Part shown: in pieces, positions 42,428 through 53,035 of the stretch | How positions within the stretch are numbered: position 1 is the first letter of the stretch | Layout: the number at the start of each line of letters is the position of its first letter | Notes under the pieces: model-generated | Databases searched by the model: none | Told to the model about the DNA's origin: nothing | The model's input: the letters and a program-made list of their open reading frames with translations, nothing else | From: a virus | Length of the DNA: 64,000 nt | Virus record (IMG/VR): IMGVR_UViG_3300045988_104912 | Coordinates: 1 to 64,000 of that record | Direction: 5' to 3' (one strand) | Made by a program: the position numbers and the translations under genes

Positions 42428-43124
42428 TCTAAAGGTTGTTGCAGACCAGCTACATAGAAATCCGCTAATGAATGGTATAGCCTTTGAAGCTATCCTAGAT
42501 TACACTGTAGATTTCTTGCAGATTGTAGGAGTTCCTGCAGATTTTATAGATAAGTATTACTCTATAGAATATACAGATTATAGGGCTCCTTTGCCTGAAG
42601 ATTATGTAGAATGTAATCAATTAATGATTGATAATCGTGTAGCACGATGGGCTACAGATACCTTTCATAATCTTTATGGTGATACAAAAACTACTGGTAA
42701 CTATTGCATTAATGATAAGTTACCTAGGTCTGTAGATTATACTTTTACTATTAATAATAGTTACATATATTTATCTAAGGAGAAAGGTAAGATTGAGATG
42801 TCTTACAAGGCTATTCCTGTAGATGAAGATGGGTATCCAATGATTCCTGATAATCCCGTATTCCAGCGAGCTCTTCGTATGTTTATTGAGAAGGAGCATG
42901 CTAGAATACTTTATTTAAATGATAAATTGGATGGCAATAAATTCAGCAAGATAGAGCAAGACTACTGGTGGGCAGTTGGTCAATGGGAGACTGATTCTCG
43001 TAAGCTTAATCTATCCAAAGCTGAGGCACTCTTTAACTCTTATAGAACTCTTATTGTACGAGATACAGAGTTCAAGAACCGTTTTAGAAATGATGGAACT
43101 AAAGAGCACTTAATACGTCATTAA
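42405..43124 (+). CDS. tail-module protein (239 aa from ATG 42405; the track start at 42375 is TTG)
   Basis: Clean ORF immediately upstream of the 2031-aa giant gene. Confidence 0.6.
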   Translation: MAAERYVSLKVVADQLHRNPLMNGIAFEAILDYTVDFLQIVGVPADFIDKYYSIEYTDYRAPLPEDYVECNQLMIDNRVARWATDTFHNLYGDTKTTGNYCINDKLPRSVDYTFTINNSYIYLSKEKGKIEMSYKAIPVDEDGYPMIPDNPVFQRALRMFIEKEHARILYLNDKLDGNKFSKIEQDYWWAVGQWETDSRKLNLSKAEALFNSYRTLIVRDTEFKNRFRNDGTKEHLIRH

Positions 43125-43126
43125 TT

Positions 43127-46100
43127 ATGGAGATTAAAAGAACACAGCTGGTTCCTAGGGGTATGCAGCAGGATCTTAGTATCTCAAAGTTTAATCCTGA
43201 GTTCTCCTATGAGAATCGTAACATAAGAATCACTGCTCGTGAGGATAGCTCATTATTATCCATAACTAATGAGCGTGGCAATAAGATTATAGAATTTACT
43301 GATGCTGAAGATACAAAGTTTACTAGCTTTAAAGGAACTTGTATAGGCTATGCATCTTTAAATAGTTACATCATTCTTTTCACACATTCTGAAGAAGATA
43401 AGGAAGCTCCTGATAGGATTTATAGGATTGAAAATCTTGATAAGACAACTCTAATGTTTGAAGGTAATCTAAACTTCTCATTAGATCATCTTATTGAAAC
43501 ATTACCAGTCTATGAATCTGAAGGAGTTCAGAAGGTTTATTGGACTGATAGCTATAATCAACCTCGGGTTATAAACTTTATGAATGATCCCGAGCCTGAG
43601 AAGTGGGGAGAAACTACTTATTATGATTTCTCTCCTAGTATGGACCCTTACAGCTTCATAGATGTTGAGAAGAATAGTACAGGAGGTCAATTTGCTCCTG
43701 GAGTAATTCAATATGCTTTTACCTACATTACTGATTGGCATGGTGTTGAAAGTAATATTGTAGACACGAGTAGTCTCAATTATATATCGTATGATAAGAG
43801 AGCTGCTAAGGAAGATGAAACTTGCTATAATAGTTTTAGTATAAGACTCTCAGGACTTGATGCTAGGTATAAGTATGTTAGGGTTTATTCTATACATAGA
43901 ACATCTTTAGATACTACTCCTACTGTTAAGATTTTAGGAGAATATGAGATTCTTAAACCTGAGGGAGATCCTGTAGAATATCAAGATTTACGGAAAGAAC
44001 TTCTTACAGTTGTTAATAAGTTTAACAGTTCAGTCTATAAGCCTACATGGTATGATGAACTTCCTAAATTAGATCCAGAATATGATTCTTTTGCTGAAGC
44101 TATTAATTCCGCCTTTAATGTAAATATTAGTTCTATAGGTAATGGAATCTTTACTTTACAGGAAGTATTTGAATATATTTGGAAGCAAAAATCTAGCTAT
44201 GTAGAACTAGTAGATACTGGTGTTGTAGGAGTTAATGAAGATCCCACATCTTTACTTTACAAAGATTCTAGTAATTCCATTGTAACTACAATGGCTGTTA
44301 AAGATTCCACTCTCTTTGTAGGAGGTTATACCATTCCCCAAGATTCTAATACCGAAGAAGATAGAATTGAGTCTATTAATATTTATAAAGAGTATGGAAC
44401 TACAGTTGTTGCCTTAGTTTATCTTTATACCTATATTCCAGGTGACACTGGAAGTATGGTTTCTGCAATTAAGATTAGGACTAGAGATTATCTTATAAAT
44501 GGGGTAAGCTCTACTATAAAATTACGTGTGCAGTGTAATAATTCAATAGTACCTGTAGATGTGGAAATTGCTGAAGGAGAGAGTGAAGTAGCCTTTCCCC
44601 AGGGAGATAAGGGTGATGTACAAACTATAGTAATCCTTAATGATAAGCATGGTAATGCATATTATAGTGATGAAGATCATATATATTACTTAGTGGACTT
44701 TGAGCCTTATCCAAGTGATTCTTTAATTCTGAATGGGGCAGATGGAACTTATAAATGGGGTTATAAAGATTACATTACGGTTGAAGAGTCTCGGGATGTA
44801 AATACTTATACATATACTCCTTATATTCTGCAAAATGGTTCTGCATGTACTCAGTTTAAGAAGGGTCAGCCCTATAGATTTGCGCTACAAGGACAATATG
44901 CAAATGGGCATTGGGGTGATCCAATTCTTATTAAAAATCTTGAGAATGCTAAGGAAATATATGAATCTAATGGATCTTTAGAAGAGAGAGATGATAATAA
45001 GTTTTATGTGCTAGATAATCAGTGTACAACCTCATTTCTTATAGATCCCATACTGTCTCAGAAGATTACTCCACAGTATACTTTAACTGACATAGTAACA
45101 ACTAAGTATTCTGACCGGTATGAGAAAGTCTCTAATCTAATGAACAAGGTAACGTCTGAATGGTTTACTCTTACTTCTCCACCTTTAGGAGGGTCATTCT
45201 GGTATTTTCCTACAAGTTGTTATCAAGGATCTAATAAAATTGATTCTACAACTGACCTTTATAGTATGTTAATTTCGATGGGGGGCAATAACATTAAGTG
45301 TAACCCGTGGATGTTAATTTATAATAAAGAGTATTTTACAGATGTAGAGAATGAGCCTAATAATGACACAGGGGAGTCTGATTATTTATGGACTTTACCA
45401 ATAGATGATATACATAAATATATCCTCTTTAGATCTAATTATACAGTTAATGGGAAGGAGTTCTTTTCCATGTGGGCAGGTAATCTTCATAGACCACAGA
45501 CTCAATCCTATGCAATAAAGTTTAGTGGCCATAGTCATTGGCTTAATGATGAGGGCAAGTTTAGAAATTCTATTGATATTCCGAATAATAACTTTGAAGG
45601 TAATTTTACAACTTTATATTTAAATAAGTTGTCAATTACTCTTAGCCCTAATATGTGTAAAGCCTTATATAATAAGGGTTATAGAAGAGTAAGATTATTA
45701 TACGTAAAGCCTACCAAAGTTAATCGTAAATATCCTGCTCAAGGTATTGTAACTAATACTATATTTTTACCTACTAGGAGATCTAATAATGCGTGCTGGG
45801 CTTATACAGATTATCTATCTAGACCTAAAGAAGTTTATAGAGTATGGAATGAATATTCTAAGTTCTTTAAGAACTGGTCTGTCAGAATAGGAGATATGAG
45901 TTTAATGTTAGGAGATTCTACAACTCAGTCTTCAGAGACTAGATTTCTAGCATCTCCCTATTTCTATCCCTTTATTCATAGATTTTATACAGACTACTCT
46001 GATGGAGATACCTCTTCTGTATGGAATGCAGTATGGAATACTCGTCCTAATTATGGTCATTTAATGACTACATTTCATGAAGTGGGAGGTTCAACGGATA

Positions 46101-49100
46101 CTACAGCTACCGAACGTCTTCCTAGTGATGATGGAGAATTTTTTAAGAAGGATACTAGTGAAGTAGATTCTTTTAATTATAATCCAAAGTATCAGTTATT
46201 TACTCCAAATATTAAAGTTAACAGCTTAATTACAAGTGGTAATAAAAGTGACTTTATTGCATTTGATGAAAATATTGTAGACTTTTGGAGTCCTGACGTT
46301 GAATATCAAGAGGTTGATAAAAACTACTTTGAAAATACTGTAGAAGGATTTCAACTGAGAGGGATGTCTTGTGTGGTAAGTACTACTAATAGTAACTATA
46401 AGACTAAAGAAGATGGTACGGTTTTAGGTCTATTAGGATACTCTGATTCTGCCAACTATTATCCTTTCCAAGACTTAGAATCTTTAGATGGGAAGAATGA
46501 CTTCACGAAAGGGGATTATACTAAAACTTCTGATGGAGTTCCTTATTTAACAAGTCCTCAGATTGTTGGATTATCGCCTAATGTACATCGTCTTTATGTA
46601 TCTAAATTAGGTACATGGAGCATGGATAATGCGGGTCAAAATTATCCTCATATGTGGGAAGACTTAGGATATAAAAAAGATGCTCTTTCTACGAGCAAGA
46701 GAGACAAGGATTCTCAGTTTTCATATAAAAAGTATTGCTTAAATACTTTAATGTTTAAAGATCTTAAGAGTTTATATTATGATATAAATCAACCCTCTTT
46801 ATTTATAAAAGGAGATCCTATCAGTTCTCTTAGTTATTATAAGACTGCTTATTCTGGTAGTACTATAGTATATAATCCAGGAATGGATGAATTACTATTT
46901 AAAGCTAGTGAAAATACTGGTTATAATGTTCCTATCCAGTATAAGGCTAACACGCATCTAGCATTTTCTTTAGCTAAGGGAAAGACTCTTAAGTATACCA
47001 CTGATATTGGATTATATGATAGAGAAATAAATACTTTCCCAGTTATGCCTGAGCTAAGTGCTTATGCTAAATATCATGATAGTAATGTAGTTATTGGATC
47101 GGCAGATGGTAAGATTATCTTCCTGAATTTATATTGGTGGCCTTCTAAAAAGTCTCAGCGTCCAGACATTTATAAGAATGAGGCTTATAGTGTAACAGAT
47201 TCAAGGAATGGTGGAGTTAATGGTGCAGTATGGAAAGTGGCCTTAGAAGCTAATGTTCCTCTTCCTATAGATATTACTGTAGATCTTTCATACCGGTTAG
47301 GCTTCTGGAAATCTGATAAGGAGTCTCAACTTGGCAGAACCTCAATTTCTTTAAAAGCAGGTCAAAAGTCCGCACTTAAAATCTTTAAGGAAGATTTTAC
47401 TACACTAAGAGATTGGTCTACTATTAATGTAAAATCTTTTAGAATTTCTAAATCTAACATACCTACAGGTTGGACTATTGACCAAGGTCAAATGTCTGTT
47501 AGTAATAATAGTTCTACTAGACCTATTATTATACTTTTAGTTGATAATAATAGTTATATTAATGGAGAGGAACCTACTGGTTCAGATCCTTTCTGGATAG
47601 GTTCAGAAGGAGTTTACACTAAGGATTTATATGATCCTTTACAAGAAGAATTATTAGCTTCTGAGTATGATAATGTAGGAATACAATCTATTATTTGGCA
47701 TCGTAATCTCCCTCATTTCTTATTGGTTGATTTAGTAAGATCTGATGCATTTTTATATGCTGACTGGACTGACAGTGGAATATATCAACAGATGTGGATT
47801 CCTTGCGGTAAACCTACAGTATTACCTATTCCTGATTCAGAAAAGCCTCAATCTTGTATAGTAGAAGCTACTGAAGGAGATGTTTTTGTAGGACGATACG
47901 ACTGCTTAAGAACAGCTTCAGATAGTGATAAGATCGAGAAGGTGAATGACATAGTATCCTTTATCTGTGAGTCCTATGTTAACCCTGATGGTAGGGCTGA
48001 CGTTAACAGGTATAATACTGATACTAGGGCTATGAACTTTGATAACTGGAATGTATGGAATCCTGTATATAGTCAAGCTAATAACTTCTTTAATTATACT
48101 AAGAATGATTATAGAGTCTTGGAGCATAGTGGACAATTCCCTAATCAGTTCTCGTGGACATTACCTAAATATCCTGATAGCTTAGTAGATAATTGGACTA
48201 ATCTAACCTTTGCATCTACTTATAATCTTGATGGAGAATATGGTAAGCTTACAAAGATTGTAGCTCATAATAATCAGCTATATGCATTCCAAGATAAAGC
48301 AATTTCCAATATATTATTTAACACTAGAGTTCAAGTTCCAGTATCTGATGGGCTTCCTATTGAATTAGGAAACAGCAATAAAGTTGACGGTGTAAGATAT
48401 ATTACTACAACATCTGGAGCTCAGAATAAATGGTCAATAGCTGCTACTCGTAGTGGTATCTATTATATAGATCATATTAGGAAAAAGCTGAATCTTATTA
48501 CTGCAGAAAGTATTCGGGAAGTTACAAACTCCTCAGGATTTTCTAAGTGGGCTTTAAATAATTTTGGATACTCTCTTAATGAGCTTAATCTACAAGATGG
48601 TATGTCTAATTGGATGGTAAGTAAAGATAGTATTCATGATGATGTTTATATCCACGACAAAAATGAATGTCTTGTATTCTCTGAAAAACTTGCAGCTTTT
48701 ACAAGCTTCTTTGACTACAAAGATATTCCCTTCATGTTTAGGTGGGATAATAAATTCTTAAGTATATTCTCAGAGAATAACTCTACTGAAATCTATGAAC
48801 AAAACGTTGGGCAATATAATCAATTCTATGGGAAGCCTAAGGTAAGTTCTTATATAGATTATATAGTAAATCCTGAAATATCTAGGGATAAAATTTTCAA
48901 CAATATTGAATTCAGGGCTGATGCATTTAGCAGTGAAAATGGGGATTACACTAAGTATGTTTCTAATCGAACCTTAGATCATATACATGTTAGAAATGAA
49001 TTCCAAGATACAGGAGATGTAGCACTCAAGCAATATAAGAATCTTCAGAAGAAGTTTAGAATCTGGAGAGCTTATATACCGAGGGATGTTAAAGAAGTTG

Positions 49101-49222
49101 AGAATTATAAACTTAATAGAATTCGAAATCCTTGGATAAAGATGAAGTTATCTTATACTCCTACCGAGGAGGAAGATAATAAGCTTGTCCTGCATGATTT
49201 AATTGTTAATTATACAGTATAA
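43127..49222 (+). CDS. giant tail structural protein (2031 aa; its position matches the crAss-like 'muzzle' protein)
   Basis: Uninterrupted 6.1-kb ORF. The function is assigned by synteny only. Confidence 0.8.
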   Translation: MEIKRTQLVPRGMQQDLSISKFNPEFSYENRNIRITAREDSSLLSITNERGNKIIEFTDAEDTKFTSFKGTCIGYASLNSYIILFTHSEEDKEAPDRIYRIENLDKTTLMFEGNLNFSLDHLIETLPVYESEGVQKVYWTDSYNQPRVINFMNDPEPEKWGETTYYDFSPSMDPYSFIDVEKNSTGGQFAPGVIQYAFTYITDWHGVESNIVDTSSLNYISYDKRAAKEDETCYNSFSIRLSGLDARYKYVRVYSIHRTSLDTTPTVKILGEYEILKPEGDPVEYQDLRKELLTVVNKFNSSVYKPTWYDELPKLDPEYDSFAEAINSAFNVNISSIGNGIFTLQEVFEYIWKQKSSYVELVDTGVVGVNEDPTSLLYKDSSNSIVTTMAVKDSTLFVGGYTIPQDSNTEEDRIESINIYKEYGTTVVALVYLYTYIPGDTGSMVSAIKIRTRDYLINGVSSTIKLRVQCNNSIVPVDVEIAEGESEVAFPQGDKGDVQTIVILNDKHGNAYYSDEDHIYYLVDFEPYPSDSLILNGADGTYKWGYKDYITVEESRDVNTYTYTPYILQNGSACTQFKKGQPYRFALQGQYANGHWGDPILIKNLENAKEIYESNGSLEERDDNKFYVLDNQCTTSFLIDPILSQKITPQYTLTDIVTTKYSDRYEKVSNLMNKVTSEWFTLTSPPLGGSFWYFPTSCYQGSNKIDSTTDLYSMLISMGGNNIKCNPWMLIYNKEYFTDVENEPNNDTGESDYLWTLPIDDIHKYILFRSNYTVNGKEFFSMWAGNLHRPQTQSYAIKFSGHSHWLNDEGKFRNSIDIPNNNFEGNFTTLYLNKLSITLSPNMCKALYNKGYRRVRLLYVKPTKVNRKYPAQGIVTNTIFLPTRRSNNACWAYTDYLSRPKEVYRVWNEYSKFFKNWSVRIGDMSLMLGDSTTQSSETRFLASPYFYPFIHRFYTDYSDGDTSSVWNAVWNTRPNYGHLMTTFHEVGGSTDTTATERLPSDDGEFFKKDTSEVDSFNYNPKYQLFTPNIKVNSLITSGNKSDFIAFDENIVDFWSPDVEYQEVDKNYFENTVEGFQLRGMSCVVSTTNSNYKTKEDGTVLGLLGYSDSANYYPFQDLESLDGKNDFTKGDYTKTSDGVPYLTSPQIVGLSPNVHRLYVSKLGTWSMDNAGQNYPHMWEDLGYKKDALSTSKRDKDSQFSYKKYCLNTLMFKDLKSLYYDINQPSLFIKGDPISSLSYYKTAYSGSTIVYNPGMDELLFKASENTGYNVPIQYKANTHLAFSLAKGKTLKYTTDIGLYDREINTFPVMPELSAYAKYHDSNVVIGSADGKIIFLNLYWWPSKKSQRPDIYKNEAYSVTDSRNGGVNGAVWKVALEANVPLPIDITVDLSYRLGFWKSDKESQLGRTSISLKAGQKSALKIFKEDFTTLRDWSTINVKSFRISKSNIPTGWTIDQGQMSVSNNSSTRPIIILLVDNNSYINGEEPTGSDPFWIGSEGVYTKDLYDPLQEELLASEYDNVGIQSIIWHRNLPHFLLVDLVRSDAFLYADWTDSGIYQQMWIPCGKPTVLPIPDSEKPQSCIVEATEGDVFVGRYDCLRTASDSDKIEKVNDIVSFICESYVNPDGRADVNRYNTDTRAMNFDNWNVWNPVYSQANNFFNYTKNDYRVLEHSGQFPNQFSWTLPKYPDSLVDNWTNLTFASTYNLDGEYGKLTKIVAHNNQLYAFQDKAISNILFNTRVQVPVSDGLPIELGNSNKVDGVRYITTTSGAQNKWSIAATRSGIYYIDHIRKKLNLITAESIREVTNSSGFSKWALNNFGYSLNELNLQDGMSNWMVSKDSIHDDVYIHDKNECLVFSEKLAAFTSFFDYKDIPFMFRWDNKFLSIFSENNSTEIYEQNVGQYNQFYGKPKVSSYIDYIVNPEISRDKIFNNIEFRADAFSSENGDYTKYVSNRTLDHIHVRNEFQDTGDVALKQYKNLQKKFRIWRAYIPRDVKEVENYKLNRIRNPWIKMKLSYTPTEEEDNKLVLHDLIVNYTV

Positions 49223-51315
49223 TGGATAATGCTAAATTACAAAAGGGTGTAGGAATAGCCTCAGCAGTAACTGGGGTTACTTCCTCAATCCTTGGGAATT
49301 TTCAAGACAATGGTGAAGTTGATGCTATTGAAGCTCAGGGTGAAGCCTCAGCTAAAGAAGCTAAGAGCCAGATGTCTAAAAGTTCTCTCTCTAATTGGAT
49401 TGCAGATTGGACACCTCAAGAATTAGAAAGTGTGAGCGCTGCAGGTACATCTGGAGCTATTTCAGGCACTTTAAGTGGTGCAAGTGCAGGGCTCTCTGCA
49501 GGACCTTGGGGAGCATTAGCTGGAGGTGTTGCAGGGCTTTTTGGAGGGCTTTTTGGTGGCAAGAGTGCTGCACGGAGCCGTAATCGTGCTAGAGAGGAAG
49601 CTAATGAAAGAGTTCGTACTGCTTTAAGTGCACAGAATGCTTATCTTAGTCAGAAAGAGGCAAGAGATGCTCTTGCGAATATTGTAGCTTTTGGTGGCTG
49701 GGTTAATGCTCATGGTGGAGATTATCCTACAGGTTTTAATGAATTCAATGAAGGAGATTCACATGAGCGTAATATCAATGGTGGAGTTCCTCAGGGTATT
49801 GATTCTAATGGTGTCCCTAACCTTGTTGAAGAGGGTGAAACCAAATGGGATAATTACATCTTTTCTAAGAGATTAAAGATTCCCAAAGGATTTAGTAAAG
49901 CATATGATTTAGGAAATGTAGATAAAAGATCCTATGCAGATGCTTCAAAGAGCTTATCTAAGGAGAGTAAAGAAAGACCTTTCGATCCTATTAGTAAAAG
50001 AGGTAGAGATGCTATGTTAAATCGTTTACAGCAGGCTCAAGAAGCTCAGAAGTATATAGATAAAGCTGATGAAGCTATGAATGAAATATTTGATTTAAAT
50101 GAAATTAGTGACGTTCTCTATGCCGAAGGTGGTGGTATACATATTAAGCCTTCAAAGCGTGGTACATTTACTGCAGCTGCTAAGAAACATGGTAAAGGGG
50201 TTCAAGAATTTGCTCGTCAAGTCTTAGCTAATAAAGAGAATTATTCTTCTGCTATGGTTAAGAAAGCTAACTTTGCTCGTAATGCTTCTAAGTGGCATGC
50301 TGGTGGGGGCCGACTGTTAGCTGAAGGAAATTATCTTTATAAGTCAGACTGGATGACTCCTGTAGATAATAGGTATTCTGCAGGATCAGCTTATGATGTA
50401 GGTCCTAAAGTAGGATACAATCCTATAGGAAGAGTAGGAATGAGAGTACCTACTTATGACTATGATTCTCAACCTGCTATTAACCTAAGAAATAGGTCTA
50501 CTGAGTCTATTGCTTCTGGAACTTTATTAAATAATTTTAATAATGATTTTAATACTCGAATAGCAGGCAATACTTCTGTACCAACAGATACATCTTTTAT
50601 AGATGTAGAAGATAACTCTGAAGGTCCTAAGAAGTCTCAGAAGCAAAATTCCTGGCTAGAATCTTTGGGATTATTTGCTCCTGCCTTAGCTAACACAGGT
50701 TTAGCAATATCTGATGCCTTTAGTACTCCTGAGGAAGTATCTTATGGTAAAATGGACTTGAGTCCTTATATGACTAGGCGCCGTTTACCTTATGAACCTA
50801 TAGATAGAGAATACATGGCTAATAAGTATAGAGCACAAGCTAATGCTACAGCTAGGAATATTATTAATACTTCTGCAGGTAATCCTGCTTCGGCTAGAGC
50901 AGCTTTAGTAGCTCATAATTATAATGCTCTTAATGCATTAGGAGACATGTATATTAAGTCAGATGAAATTAATAGACAGCGTAAGAAAGAGTCTATTATG
51001 TTTGATGCTGAGCAAGATCGTCAATTAGCTACTTTAGCAGAACAACAGCAGAAGTTTAATATTATGACTGACATTAACGAACAGCAAGTTAATGCTCAGA
51101 ATAGGGCCGCTGCTCGTAATGCTCGTAGATCTGGCATCTCCCAAACTGGAGAAACTCTAGGAGAAATTGCTAAGTATATTGGTAACCTCAGACGAGTCAA
51201 TAATATGTCTGACTATAATACATGGGGAGAATGGCAAAATAAAGCTGATGGAGGATTTCTCTTCGATCCTGAGATTGGCAAGTTTTTGAAAGGTATTAAG
51301 AAAGGAGGTAAGTAA
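49222..51315 (+). CDS. ejection/cargo-like protein (697 aa)
   Basis: Gly-zipper 'AGLFGGLFGG'. Contains the motif 'KRGTFTAAAKKHGKGVQEFARQVLANKENYSSAMVKKANFARNASKW', which I recall from internal/tail proteins of other phages (recollection only, not searched). TAATG-coupled. Confidence 0.75.
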   Translation: MDNAKLQKGVGIASAVTGVTSSILGNFQDNGEVDAIEAQGEASAKEAKSQMSKSSLSNWIADWTPQELESVSAAGTSGAISGTLSGASAGLSAGPWGALAGGVAGLFGGLFGGKSAARSRNRAREEANERVRTALSAQNAYLSQKEARDALANIVAFGGWVNAHGGDYPTGFNEFNEGDSHERNINGGVPQGIDSNGVPNLVEEGETKWDNYIFSKRLKIPKGFSKAYDLGNVDKRSYADASKSLSKESKERPFDPISKRGRDAMLNRLQQAQEAQKYIDKADEAMNEIFDLNEISDVLYAEGGGIHIKPSKRGTFTAAAKKHGKGVQEFARQVLANKENYSSAMVKKANFARNASKWHAGGGRLLAEGNYLYKSDWMTPVDNRYSAGSAYDVGPKVGYNPIGRVGMRVPTYDYDSQPAINLRNRSTESIASGTLLNNFNNDFNTRIAGNTSVPTDTSFIDVEDNSEGPKKSQKQNSWLESLGLFAPALANTGLAISDAFSTPEEVSYGKMDLSPYMTRRRLPYEPIDREYMANKYRAQANATARNIINTSAGNPASARAALVAHNYNALNALGDMYIKSDEINRQRKKESIMFDAEQDRQLATLAEQQQKFNIMTDINEQQVNAQNRAAARNARRSGISQTGETLGEIAKYIGNLRRVNNMSDYNTWGEWQNKADGGFLFDPEIGKFLKGIKKGGK

Positions 51316-53030
51316 TGGCTGCTGTTAATGCTTACGATAAAATAACATATGGGGAGTTTAAGTTACCATCTTTGCAAGAGCTAATGGTTGCTCCCATGTA
51401 CATGCAGCAGTTGCATAATAAAGCGGAGGAGGAGTTTCTTCAAAATCAGGCTTTAGCTGCTGATGCTGCTACAAGATTCCAGCCTGGGATCGATGATGCT
51501 GCTATACAAGCTAATCAACAATTCCAATCCTCGGTTCAAGCTGATATAAATGATCTCTCTAAGAATGGTCTTACTCCTGGTATTAGACGTAGATTAATTC
51601 AGCGTAAGACTGACTTTACTAATAATATTCTACCTTTGAATAAGGCAGCTGTTGATAGAGAACAGTGGGCAAAAGCTGCTAAGGAAGCACAACTAAGAAA
51701 TCCTTCTCTCATAATAAAAGATCCTATGCAAGTAGGACTTGATAGATGGATTGCGGATCCCACTTCTCATGAGCTTCATCCCATTAGTGGTCAAGAGATT
51801 TATGAGAGAACTCGCCAAGAAATGATTCCTATTAGTAAGTATATTTCTCAGAATCTTCCTCAACTAGCCAAGACAGGGCTTCCTTTCCAATACTTTACTG
51901 TAGCCCAAGCAGGGGCTACTGCTGAAGAAATCGCATCTTTAATGGGTCGTCAATATAAGGATATTGATCCTAATCTATTAAGCCCTTTAGCTAATCTCAT
52001 TAAGAACGCTGCTGATAGAGTTGTTACATCTACAGGAGTATATGATTACTACGGAGCTGATTCAAATGAAGCTCGTAGAGCTAATGAATATGCTGCTAGT
52101 GCTTTTAACCATGCCTTAGGAACTAAATCTTTTGGAAATATGTCTGATAGATATGGAATGGAAATGAGTTTATTAAGGGCTAAGTTAGCTGCCAAGGGTC
52201 AAGAGGAAGCAGGACTTCCAAGTATTAGAGGATTTAACTATACTAAGGTAGGAGAAACTGCTGAGGGTAAAGCTATTGATAAACGTATTAAGGCTTTAAA
52301 TGATCTTAAGAAAGAGGGAGTAGGGTTATCTCGTGATGAAATTATCGCAAGGCTTCAGAAAGCTAAAGGTGATGTACAGTCGTATGCTCCTAGTGGAGAT
52401 CCTGGTGTTGCAGGACGTAAACCTGTAAATTCTGCTAAGTATAATGATGCTGTTAAAGATATGCAGAAGTATGAGGATCTACTGGAGACTTTAGATATGT
52501 ATGAAGCTAGTGATGCTGATACAGCATTACAAGGGCTACAAAGCGACAGAAATGCTTTAGTCCAAAGATACAAGTTCTATAGTCCTGACCTCACATCTTC
52601 TGAGATGTTAACTAATATTATTAAAGATTATTTTGCTACTCAGACCGACGATGAACTTCCTTTATTAGATTCTGAATATAACCCTAATAAGAATATCTTT
52701 GGGTCTGAAAGAACTGTAGGATATAATGGTAAGTTTAAACCTGAGGAATTCTTTAATAAGGATGTAAGATATCAATATTCCCCAGGTTTTGGTATAGTAG
52801 CAACTAACGGTGAAAATAAGGTTATTATTAAACCTGAAATGCTTGGTGATAGTTTTACTGATAGGTATAATATGATTCAAGAGATGATTGACCAATTACT
52901 TGAGACTCGTCCTGAGGGATATGGAGAAGCTATTGGACGATTATCTATGGGATTAGTAAACTCTGTTAAGAATGAGCAAGCAATTCTTAATCAAATTATA
53001 GGTAAGACGTCATCTAAAGCTAATAAATAA
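51315..53030 (+). CDS. virion-associated protein (571 aa)
   Basis: TAATG-coupled clean ORF upstream of the RNAP-like gene. Confidence 0.75.
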   Translation: MAAVNAYDKITYGEFKLPSLQELMVAPMYMQQLHNKAEEEFLQNQALAADAATRFQPGIDDAAIQANQQFQSSVQADINDLSKNGLTPGIRRRLIQRKTDFTNNILPLNKAAVDREQWAKAAKEAQLRNPSLIIKDPMQVGLDRWIADPTSHELHPISGQEIYERTRQEMIPISKYISQNLPQLAKTGLPFQYFTVAQAGATAEEIASLMGRQYKDIDPNLLSPLANLIKNAADRVVTSTGVYDYYGADSNEARRANEYAASAFNHALGTKSFGNMSDRYGMEMSLLRAKLAAKGQEEAGLPSIRGFNYTKVGETAEGKAIDKRIKALNDLKKEGVGLSRDEIIARLQKAKGDVQSYAPSGDPGVAGRKPVNSAKYNDAVKDMQKYEDLLETLDMYEASDADTALQGLQSDRNALVQRYKFYSPDLTSSEMLTNIIKDYFATQTDDELPLLDSEYNPNKNIFGSERTVGYNGKFKPEEFFNKDVRYQYSPGFGIVATNGENKVIIKPEMLGDSFTDRYNMIQEMIDQLLETRPEGYGEAIGRLSMGLVNSVKNEQAILNQIIGKTSSKANK

Positions 53031-53035
53031 TTATT

